Assembly (NCBI GenBank): GCA_032718475.1
Contig: JAUCBJ010001154.1
Coordinates: forward strand, 1 to 64,000
DNA from: Nemertoderma westbladi
Taxonomy: Eukaryota > Animalia > Xenacoelomorpha
DNA length: 64,000 nt
Reading direction: 5' to 3'
A program made the position numbers and the translations under genes. Each line of letters begins with the position of its first letter. The first letter of the stretch is position 1. Below the pieces are notes generated by a model that was given only the letters and a program-made list of their open reading frames with translations, was not told the origin of the DNA and did no database searches. Shown one piece after another: positions 25,482-37,700 of this stretch.

Positions 25482-26344
25482 CGTGAGATTTTTTTATTAA
25501 ATTGTTCTTTTTTCCCCGATATGAGTTATCTGGCATATATATTTTCATATATTCACTAAGTACACACTAAATTGGTATATAATAGAAGACATAATTATAG
25601 TTTTTGAATACAGTAGAGTCTCGATGGAAACTTGGTTTGTTTCAAACTAATTAAAGTTAATATTGGCATTGTTTCCTGTTATTTCAATGATATAGATTTT
25701 TCCCACATTATCGTCTCTTTATCGTCTCTTATCGTCTCTATTCCCCTATTCCGCCCGGTCATTAAATCAGGAATCACCGTTTATCACCGTTAATCACGGA
25801 ATCCAATCGACGTTCCTTCGATAACTTTTACCGCCTTCCTACCGCCGATATCACTCTGTTCAATGTAACCTGTAGCAGTTGATTCTTGATACCATCCGTA
25901 GTGACGCATTATATCTTGCTAGCCATGCTAGCTGATTATTTATATTCTATATACTAATCAATCAAAATCGAATTCTAGAATATACAGTATATTATACCAT
26001 AGTCAACCACGCTTAAAACTGTGAAAACCAAGGTATTTATTTTTAATGGACATTAAAAAAATGAAGTTGATTTGTTAATGGGTTTTAAATGAAAGGAGTG
26101 GAAAATAAGTCCAATTTAATTTAATTTATTTAATAAAAACAGATTGTGAAAATACCGATATTATAAAATACTGAAATTATTAATATTACTTAGAATTATT
26201 GACTTTTGTCTTTTGACTTTGTAGTGAAGTTATTAATAACTTAGTATTCAATTTCCTAATGTTAACTCTTGCTTCTTTTGTATAATAATTTAGTATTGGT
26301 GCTATTCTGGAGGTATCTGACCTTTTGTTGTCAATCTTCTTTAG

Positions 26345-26493
26345 AATATTGAAACTACAAGAACGAAATAAATTGAAAGAATTAAAGAAGACGTGGTTTA
26401 GTGGTGAGAGTGGAGGGAGTTCAAATATTTGTTCGAATTGGGTTCAAGATGATCACCATGCTACAAAAGGCATTGAACTGGTAAATGTTGCAG
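26345..26493 (+). CDS. iGluR exon: end of S2 and pre-M4 linker
   Basis: Acceptor tcttctttag| at 26344 and donor |gtaagc at 26494. Phase-2 join GC+A gives Ala, then ILKLQERNKLKELKKTWF...C...GIELVNVAG, which matches the iGluR pattern AILxLQExGxLxxLKxKWW...L.L.NVAG. Confidence 0.93.
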
Positions 26494-27594
26494 GTAAGCG
26501 ACCCTCTTAGGTTTAATTACCAATCCAGGTTTATTGGTCTAAACGCGTCCACATTGTAGCAATGGACTAGTCAACGTAAATTATTGTAAAATTATATCAA
26601 ATATTATCGTACATATATTTTAATATATTTTATATACCTGCAGTACATGGTATGGTGTTCATAATAATGTGTTTGTTTTTCATTTTGTAGTGAAATTTTT
26701 ACACTAAAACGTAGTTGATAGTTTTTGCTACCCGCCTCTGATAACCAAAATCCTACCAAGGAATTTGGTGTATATGTTTTTACATACATATCAGCCTGTT
26801 AAGTAGTGAATTTATTGAATACACTACATTGTTTTTACACCTACAATAAATATGCGTGAAATTCAAACGTGTTTTTGTGTAAACAAATTTATTAGAAAGG
26901 CATTTCCTAAAGGAAATGCAACCACGAAGCTAAGGAAAATTAAACACTCTTTGACTAATCACTTCATTGCTTTACCAAGTTAAGAGGCATATGCCTTAAA
27001 ACTCTTATTACCATGGCAACCGGAGTTTTCTAGAACTGCTGAGGTTTACATTAAGATCCGACTTGTGGTTCCAGGTAACACATACTTCAATTCAGTTTCA
27101 TTGAGTATTTAATGAGCAAAACTAAGGCTTTAATTGTTAAAACGTCTGTTTGTAGTGGTTGTCATGGAAACTGAAAAATAGAACATTCAAATTCGGACAC
27201 AGAATATGTGATATAGTGAGGGTATGTTTTGGTCCCAAGTCATAACACCTTAACCTTAGGATTCAAATTAACATTTTATAAATTTTAACATCTGTTTAAC
27301 CCGGTTGCCAAGGTAACTGGATTTCTCTTTAACCTCAATCAGCTCTGTTATAGACTTTATAGTTGAGTTGATAAACAAATTTACTAAATATGCGCAAAGA
27401 AAAATCGGCAAGAAAAGCAAATGTTTTAATTTTATAAGTAAATCTTTGAAATATTTTTTCAAACCTAGTAATAAATTGCAATAATTTCTCCCGATTTTGA
27501 AGTATATTCGAGCGAAAAAGTAATAATTTAAAAATAAAATATTTTTCTTTATTTTAATAATTTCTTTATTTTTCTTTACTTTAAATTGATTTTA

Positions 27595-28082
27595 ATTTCT
27601 TTATTTTACAGGTGTATTTTTCTTTATTTTAAAGGTGTATAGGTTTGATATAGCACAAATAAACATATTTACTTTACACATTATATTACTCACTGTACTG
27701 GTGCTTTTATACAAATATAGTTCAGTACAAATAGAACAATTTTGTTACCGGTAACTTTAAGATTTATGAACAGAGTTGACATGGGTTCACCAACCAAACT
27801 CTTCAGTCTGCTACCCAAGCACCTGCGCCGTCATCCAGCCCCAGTAGCCGCCACGAACGTCGCCCCCCTCTAAGGCACAAACCCACAGCGCGCACCAACG
27901 CGATGGACAGACGGGCCCTAACCGGTGGTATATAGAAGGTGTATACAAAAGGTGTATAGGTGTATTTTTCTTTATTTTACAGGTGTATTTTTCTTTATTT
28001 TACAGGTATATTTTACTCTATTTTACAGGTGTATTTTACTTTATTTTACGGGTGTATTTACTTTATTTTACAGGTGTATTTT
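27595..28082 (+). repeat. Tandem 22-23 bp duplications of the M4-exon 3' splice site, split by a ~300-bp unique insert
   Basis: Unit GTGTATTTT(T/A)CTTTATTTTACAG. AG ends at 27611, 27982, 28005, 28028 and 28073; copies ending at ~27634 (AAG) and 28051 (CGG) are mutated. Confidence 0.88.
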
Positions 28083-28167
28083 ACATACTTATACTTGGAA
28101 CTGTGTTGGCGTTTTGTACCGCAGTTGTTGAAATAGTTTGGTATCAGAGAATTCGTGGATCTAACGA
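28074..28167 (+). CDS. iGluR exon encoding the M4 transmembrane helix
   Basis: Acceptor ctttattttacag| at 28073. The phase-1 join gives NVAG-VFYILILGTVLAFCTAVVEIVWYQRIRGSN, matching AMPA/kainate NVAGVFYIL...E. Probable donor GA|gttagt at 28168; read-through would stop at 28181-28183. Confidence 0.9.
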
Positions 28168-28647
28168 GTTAGTATCGCAGTAACAATCACGTATTCGTTA
28201 TAGATAAATAAGTAGCATGTGGAAATAAAATATTGCTAGTTCCGGTAGTACGAATGTCATATGTGTCACCTTCATCAATTTCTTATTCCCAATAAAATAT
28301 TATTGGTTGATTTTGCTTGTTGTCCACTTTTTGTTATGACAAATATTAATGATATTAGGGCAACCGCATTGGAAATAGACATGAATCATCTTCTTTGAAG
28401 TTAATTCCTTGAAGCAGTGGGAGTCTGTTTTTAATCCTATCCAATTTGATCTAATGTAAGTTCACAATAACGCTTACTGTAAGCACAGTAAGCTATAAGC
28501 TTACTGTAAGACTTTATGGACTTTAAGTTCCTTATTCTACTCACATCAAATTAGATTATCTCAATAATACGACTCAGTTTCTCACAGTTCTATTTTTCAG
28601 TACGAAAATCTTCATCCTAAAAGTATGAATAATTCTTTATTTTATAG

Positions 28648-28787
28648 TAACTCGCAGAACATGACCCGAGACACATCAACGTTGCCGCAACCAAATACCG
28701 TTAGAGCTAGTCGATACGACGAGCGGGTCTTAATGCCTCGCCGCACAAACCCTGAAGGGAGTTCCTTCATATCAAAGGATCCAAGTG
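28648..28787 (+). CDS. Probable iGluR cytoplasmic C-terminal exon
   Basis: Acceptor ttctttattttatag| at 28647. The phase-2 join GA+T gives Asp and continues open as NSQNMTRDTSTLPQPNTVRASRYDERVLMPRRTNPEGSSFISKDPS(G). It is GC-richer than its flanks and ends at G|gttagt (28788), or at an in-frame TAG at 28790-28792. No homology support, since C-tails are unconserved. Confidence 0.68.
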
Positions 28788-31700
28788 GTTAGTGCCACAA
28801 TCACAAGTACCAACAGTTAGTGACACAATTACACGTACCCAATAGTTAGTGACACAATCACAAGTACCAACAGTTAGTGACACAATTATTACACGTACCC
28901 AACAGTTAGTGACACAATCACACGTACCAACAGTTAGTGACACAATCACACGTACCAGCAGTTAGTGACACAATCACAAGTACCAATCAGTTAGTGCCAC
29001 AATCACAAGTACCCAACAGTTAGTGACACAATTACACGTACCCAATAGTTAGTGAACAATCACAAGTACCCAGCAGTTAGTGACACAATCACACGTACCC
29101 AACAGTTAGTGACACAATTACACGTACCCAATAGTTAGTGACACAATCACACGTACCCAATAGTTAGTGACACAATCACAAGTACCCAGCAGTTAGTGCC
29201 ACAATCACACGTACCCAACAGTTAGTCACACAATCACACGTACCCAATAGTTAGTGACACAATCACAAGTACCAACAGTTAGTGACACAATTACACGTAC
29301 CCAACAGTTAGTGCCACAATCACAAGTACCAACAGTTAGTGACACAATCACTCGTACCCAACAGTTAGTGACACAATCACACGTACCCAACAGTTAGTAC
29401 CACAATCACACGTACCAGCAGTTAGTGACACAATCACACGTACCAGCAGTTAGTGACACAATCACAAGTACCAATCAGTTAGTGCCACAATCACAAGTAC
29501 CAACAGTTAGTGACACAATCACACGTACCCAACAGTTAGTGACACAATCATACGTACCCAGAGTTAGTGACACAATCACACGTACCAACAGTTAGTGACA
29601 CAATCACACGTACCAGCAGTTAGTGACACAATCACAAGTACCAATCAGTTAGTGCCACAATCACAAGTACCCAACAGTTAGTGACACAATTACACGTACC
29701 CAATAGTTAGTGAACAATCACAAGTACCCAGCAGTTAGTGACACAATCACACGTACCCAACAGTTAGTGACACAATTACACGTACCCAATAGTTAGTGAC
29801 ACAATCACACGTACCCAATAGTTAGTGACACAATCACAAGTACCCAGCAGTTAGTGACACAATCACACGTACCAGCAGTTAGTGACACAATCACAAGTAC
29901 CAATCAGTTAGTGACACAATCACACGTACCCAACAGTTAGTACCACAATCACACGTACCAGCAGTTAGTGACACAATCACACGTACCAGCAGTTAGTGAC
30001 ACAATCACAAGTACCAATCAGTTAGTGCCACAATCACAAGTACCAACAGTTAGTCACACAATCACAAGTACCAACAGTTAGTGACACAATTACACGTACC
30101 CAACAGTTAGTACCACAATCACACGTACCAACAGTTAGTGACACAATCACACGTACCAGCAGTTAGTGACACAATCACAAGTACCAATCAGTTAGTGCCA
30201 CAATCACAAGTACCCAACAGTTAGTGACACAATTACACGTACCCAATAGTTAGTGAACAATCACAAGTACCCAGCAGTTAGTGACACAATCACACGTACC
30301 CAACAGTTAGTGACACAATTACACGTACCCAATAGTTAGTGACACAATCACACGTACCCAATAGTTAGTGACACAATCACAAGTACCCAGCAGTTAGTGC
30401 CACAATCACACGTACCCAACAGTTAGTGACACAATCACACGTACCCAATAGTTAGTGACACAATCACAAGTACCAACAGTTAGTGACACAATTACACGTA
30501 CCCAACAGTTAGTGCCACAATCACAAGTACCAACAGTTAGTGACACAATCACACGTACCCAACAGTTAGTGACACAATCACACGTACCCAACAGTTAGTA
30601 CCACAATCACACGTACCAGCAGTTAGTGACACAATCACACGTACCAGCAGTTAGTGACACAATCACAAGTACCAATCAGTTAGTGCCACAATCACAAGTA
30701 CCAACAGTTAGTGACACAATCACACGTACCAGCAGTTAGTGACACAATCACACGTACCCAACAGTTAGTGACACAATCACAAGTACCCAGCAGTTAGTGA
30801 CACAATCACAAGTACCCAACAGTTAGTGACACAATCACACGTACCCAACAGTTAGTGACACAATCACACGTACCCAATAGTTAGTGACACAATCACAAGT
30901 ACCCAGCAGTTAGTGACACAATCACAAGTACCCAACAGTTAGTGACACAATCACACGTACCCAACAGTTAGTGACACAATCACACGTACCCAACAGTTAG
31001 TGACACAATCACAAGTACCCAGCAGTTAGTGACACAATCACAAGTACCCAACAGTTAGTGACACAATCACACGTACCCAACAGTTAGTGACACAATCACA
31101 CGTACCCAACAGTTAGTGACACAATCACACGCACCCAATAGTTAGTGACACAATCACAAGTACCAACAGTTAGTGACACAATCACACGCACCCAATAGTT
31201 AGTGACACAATCACACGTACCCAATAGTTAGTGACACAATTACACGTACCCAACAGTTAGTGACACAATTACACGTACCCAATAGATAGTGACACAATTA
31301 CACGTACCCAATAGTTAGTGACACAATTACACGTACCCAATAGTTAGTGACACAATCACACATTTCCAGCAGTTAGTGCCACAATCACACGTACCAGCAG
31401 TTAGTGACACAATTACACGTACCCAATAGTTAGTGACACAATCACACATTTCCAGCAGTTAGTGCCACAATCACACGTACCAGCAGTTAGTGCCACAATT
31501 ACACGTACCCAATAGATAGTGACACAATTACACGTACCCAATAGTTAGTGACACAATTACACGTACCCAATAGTTAGTGACACAATTACACGTACCCAAT
31601 AGTTAGTGACACAATCACACATTTCCAGCAGTTAGTGCCACAATCACACGTACCAGCAGTTAGTGCCACAATCACACGTAGCCAATAGATAGTGACACAA

Positions 31701-34700
31701 TTACACGTACCCAATAGTTAGTGACACAATTACACGTACCCAATAGTTAGTGACACTATCACACATTTCCAGCAGTTAGTGCCACAATCACACGTACCAG
31801 CAGTTAGTGCCACAATCACACGTAGCCAACAGTTAGTGACACAATCACACGTACCCAACAGTTAGTGACACAATCACAAGTTCCAACAGTTAGTGACACA
31901 ATCACACGTACCAGCAGTTAGTGACACAATCACACGTACCCAACAGTTAGTGACACAATCACAAGTTCCAACAGTTAGTGACACAATCACACGTACCAGC
32001 AGTTAGTGACACAATCACACGTACCCAACAGTTAGTGACACAATTACACGTACCCAATAGATAATGACACAATTACACGTACCCAATAGTTAGTGACACA
32101 ATCACACGTACCCAATAGTTAGTGACACAATCACACATTTCCAGCAGTTAGTGACACAATCACACGTACCCAATAGTTAGTGACACAATTACACGTACCC
32201 AATAGTTAGTGACACAATCACACGTACCCAATAGTTAGTGACACAATCACACATTTCCAGCAGTTAGTGACACAATCACACGCACCCAATAGTTAGTGAC
32301 ACAATCACAAGTACCAACAGTTAGTGACACAATCACAAGTACCCAATAGTTAGTGACACAATCACACATTTCCAGCAGTTAGTGACACAATCACACGCAC
32401 CCAATAGTTAGTGACACAATCACAAGTACCAACAGTTAGTGCCACAATCACACGTAGCCAACAGTTATTTACACAATCACAAGTAACAATCAGTTAGTGC
32501 CACAATCACACGTACCCGACAGTTAGTGACACAATCACAAGTACCCGACAGTTAGTAACACAATCACAAGTACCCAACAGTTAGTGACACAATTACACGT
32601 ACCCAATAGTTAGTGACACAATCACACGTACCCAATAGTTAGTGACACAATCACACATTTCCAGCAGTTAGTGACACAATCACACGTACCCAATAGTTAG
32701 TGACACAATTACACGTACCCAATAGTTAGTGACACAATTACACGTACCCAATAGTTAGTGACACAATCACACGTACCCAATAGTTAGTGACACAATCACA
32801 CATTTCCAGCAGTTAGTGACACAATCACACGTACCCAATAGTTAGTGACACAATTACACGTACCCAATAGTTAGTGACACAATTACACGTACCCAATAGT
32901 TAGTGACACAATCACACGTACCCAATAGTTAGTGACACAATCACACATTTCCAGCAGTTAGTGACACAATCACACGTACCCAATAGTTAGTGACACAATC
33001 ACACATTTCCAGCAGTTAGTGACACAATCACACGTACCCAATAGTTAGTGACACAATTACACGTACCCAATAGTTAGTGACACAATCACACGTACCCAAT
33101 AGTTAGTGACACAATCACACATTTCCAGCAGTTAGTGACACAATCACACGTACCCAATAGTTAGTGACACAATCACACGTACCCGACAGTTAGTGACACA
33201 ATTACACGTACCCAACAGTTAGTGACACAATCACACGCACCCAATAGTTAGTGACACAATCACAAGTACCAACAGTTAGTGACACAATCACACGTACCAG
33301 CAGTTAGTGACACAATCACAAGTTCCAACAGTTAGTGACACAATTACACGTACCCAATAGTTAGTGACACAATCACACGTACCCGACAGTTAGTGACACA
33401 ATTACACGTACCCAACAGTTAGTGACACAATCACACGCACCCAATAGTTAGTGACACAATCACAAGTACCAACAGTTAGTGACACAATCACACGTACCAG
33501 CAGTTAGTGACACAATCACAAGTTCCAACAGTTAGTGACACAATTACACGTACCCAACAGTTAGTGACACAATCACACGTACTCAACAGTTAGTGACACA
33601 ATTACACGTACCCAGCAGTTAGTGACACAATCACAAGTACCAACAGTTAGTGACACAATCACACGTACCAGCAGTTAGTGACACAATTACACGTACCCAA
33701 CAGTTAGTGACACAATCACACGTAGCCAACAGTTAGTGACACAATCACACGTACCCAATAGTTAGTGACACAATTACACGTACCCAATAGTTAGTGACAC
33801 AATTACACGTACCCAATAGTTAGTGACACAATCACACATTTCCAGCAGTTAGTGACACAATCACACGCACCCAATAGTTAGTGACACAATTACACGTACC
33901 CAACAGTTAGTGACACAATCACACGTAGCCAACAGTTAGTGACACAATCACACGTACCCAATAGTTAGTGACACAATTACACGTACCCAATAGTTAGTGA
34001 CACAATTACACGTACCCAATAGTTAGTGACACAATCACACATTTCCAGCAGTTAGTGACACAATCACACGTACCCAATAGTTAGTGACACAATTACACGT
34101 ACCCAATAGTTAGTGACACAATTACACGTACCCAATAGTTAGTGACACAATCACACGTACCCAATAGTTAGTGACACAATCACACATTTCCAGCAGTTAG
34201 TGACACAATCACACGCACCCAATAGTTAGTGACACAATCACAAGTACCAACAGTTAGTGACACAATCACAAGTACCCAACAGTTAGTGACACAATTACAC
34301 GTACCCAATAGTTAGTGACACAATCACACGTACCCGACAGTTAGTGACACAATCACACGCACCCAATAGTTAGTGACACAATCACACGTACCCGACAGTT
34401 AGTGACACAATCACAAGTACCAACAGTTAGTGACACAATCACACGTACCCGACAGTTAGTGCCACAATCACACGCACCCAATAGTTAGTGACACAATCAC
34501 AAGTACCAACAGTTAGTGACACAATCACACGTACCCGACAGTTAGTGACACAATTACACGTACCCAACAGTTAGTGACACAATCACACGCACCCAATAGT
34601 TAGTGACACAATCACAAGTACCAACAGTTAGTGACACAATCACACGTACCAGCAGTTAGTGACACAATCACACGTACCAGCAGTTAGTGACACAATCACA

Positions 34701-37700
34701 CGTACCAGCAGTTAGTGACACAATCACACGTACCCAACAGTTAGTGACACAATCACACGTACTCAACAGTTAGTGACACAATTACACGTACCCAGCAGTT
34801 AGTGACACAATCACAAGTACCAACAGTTAGTGACACAATCACACGTACCAGCAGTTAGTGACACAATTACACGTACCCAACAGTTAGTGACACAATCACA
34901 CGTACCCAACAGTTAGTGACACAATTACACGTACCCAACAGTTAGTGACACAATCACACGTACCCAACAGTTAGTGACACAATCACACGTACCCAACAGT
35001 TAGTGACACAATCTACACACCCAGCAGTTAGTGACACAATCACACGCACCCAACAGTTAGTGACACAATTACACGTACCCAATAGTTAGTGACACAATCA
35101 CACGTACCCAACAGTTAGTGACACAATCACACGTACCCAACAGATAGTGACACAATTACACGTACCCAATAGTTAGTGACACAATCACAAGTACCAACAG
35201 TTAGTGACACAATTACACGTACCCAACAGTTAGTGACACAATCACACGTACCCAACAGTTAGTGACACAATCACACGTACCCAACAGTTAGTGACACAAT
35301 CTACACACCCAGCAGTTAGTGACACAATCACACGCACCCAACAGTTAGTGACACAATTACACGTACCCAATAGTTAGTGACACAATCACACATTTCCAGC
35401 AGTTAGTGACACAATCACACGCACCCAATAGTTAGTGACACAATCACAAGTACCAACAGTTAGTGACACAATCACAAGTACCCAATAGTTAGTGACACAA
35501 TCACACATTTCCAGCAGTTAGTGACACAATCACACGCACCCAATAGTTAGTGACACAATCACAAGTACCAACAGTTAGTGCCACAATCACACGTAGCCAA
35601 CAGTTATTTACACAATCACAAGTAACAATCAGTTAGTGCCACAATCACACGTACCCGACAGTTAGTGACACAATCACAAGTACCCGACAGTTAGTAACAC
35701 AATCACAAGTACCCAACAGTTAGTGACACAATTACACGTACCCAATAGTTAGTGACACAATCACACGTACCCAATAGTTAGTGACACAATCACACATTTC
35801 CAGCAGTTAGTGACACAATCACACGTACCCAATAGTTAGTGACACAATTACACGTACCCAATAGTTAGTGACACAATTACACGTACCCAATAGTTAGTGA
35901 CACAATCACACGTACCCAATAGTTAGTGACACAATCACACATTTCCAGCAGTTAGTGACACAATCACACGTACCCAATAGTTAGTGACACAATTACACGT
36001 ACCCAATAGTTAGTGACACAATTACACGTACCCAATAGTTAGTGACACAATCACACGTACCCAATAGTTAGTGACACAATCACACATTTCCAGCAGTTAG
36101 TGACACAATCACACGTACCCAATAGTTAGTGACACAATCACACATTTCCAGCAGTTAGTGACACAATCACACGTACCCAATAGTTAGTGACACAATTACA
36201 CGTACCCAATAGTTAGTGACACAATCACACGTACCCAATAGTTAGTGACACAATCACACATTTCCAGCAGTTAGTGACACAATCACACGTACCCAATAGT
36301 TAGTGACACAATCACACGTACCCGACAGTTAGTGACACAATTACACGTACCCAACAGTTAGTGACACAATCACACGCACCCAATAGTTAGTGACACAATC
36401 ACAAGTACCAACAGTTAGTGACACAATCACACGTACCAGCAGTTAGTGACACAATCACAAGTTCCAACAGTTAGTGACACAATTACACGTACCCAATAGT
36501 TAGTGACACAATCACACGTACCCGACAGTTAGTGACACAATTACACGTACCCAACAGTTAGTGACACAATCACACGCACCCAATAGTTAGTGACACAATC
36601 ACAAGTACCAACAGTTAGTGACACAATCACACGTACCAGCAGTTAGTGACACAATCACAAGTTCCAACAGTTAGTGACACAATTACACGTACCCAACAGT
36701 TAGTGACACAATCACACGTACTCAACAGTTAGTGACACAATTACACGTACCCAGCAGTTAGTGACACAATCACAAGTACCAACAGTTAGTGACACAATCA
36801 CACGTACCAGCAGTTAGTGACACAATTACACGTACCCAACAGTTAGTGACACAATCACACGTAGCCAACAGTTAGTGACACAATCACACGTACCCAATAG
36901 TTAGTGACACAATTACACGTACCCAATAGTTAGTGACACAATTACACGTACCCAATAGTTAGTGACACAATCACACATTTCCAGCAGTTAGTGACACAAT
37001 CACACGCACCCAATAGTTAGTGACACAATTACACGTACCCAACAGTTAGTGACACAATCACACGTAGCCAACAGTTAGTGACACAATCACACGTACCCAA
37101 TAGTTAGTGACACAATTACACGTACCCAATAGTTAGTGACACAATTACACGTACCCAATAGTTAGTGACACAATCACACATTTCCAGCAGTTAGTGACAC
37201 AATCACACGTACCCAATAGTTAGTGACACAATTACACGTACCCAATAGTTAGTGACACAATTACACGTACCCAATAGTTAGTGACACAATCACACGTACC
37301 CAATAGTTAGTGACACAATCACACATTTCCAGCAGTTAGTGACACAATCACACGCACCCAATAGTTAGTGACACAATCACAAGTACCAACAGTTAGTGAC
37401 ACAATCACAAGTACCCAACAGTTAGTGACACAATTACACGTACCCAATAGTTAGTGACACAATCACACGTACCCAATAGTTAGTGACACAATCACACATT
37501 TCCAGCAGTTAGTGACACAATCACACGCACCCAATAGTTAGTGACACAATCACAAGTACCAACAGTTAGTGCCACAATCACACGTAGCCAACAGTTATTT
37601 ACACAATCACAAGTAACAATCAGTTAGTGCCACAATCACAAGTACCAACAGTTAGTGACACAATCACACGTACCAGCAGTTAGTGACACAATCACAAGTA

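Noticed and set aside
18129-27462. Other 60-90 aa ORFs in unique intronic sequence
   Set aside because: They are short and low-complexity, often start at non-ATG codons, and show no recognisable motifs or exon-phase support.
28472-28511. Small palindromic cluster GCTTACTGTAAGC...GCTTACTGTAAG
   Set aside because: Too short to assign a function; likely a local duplication.
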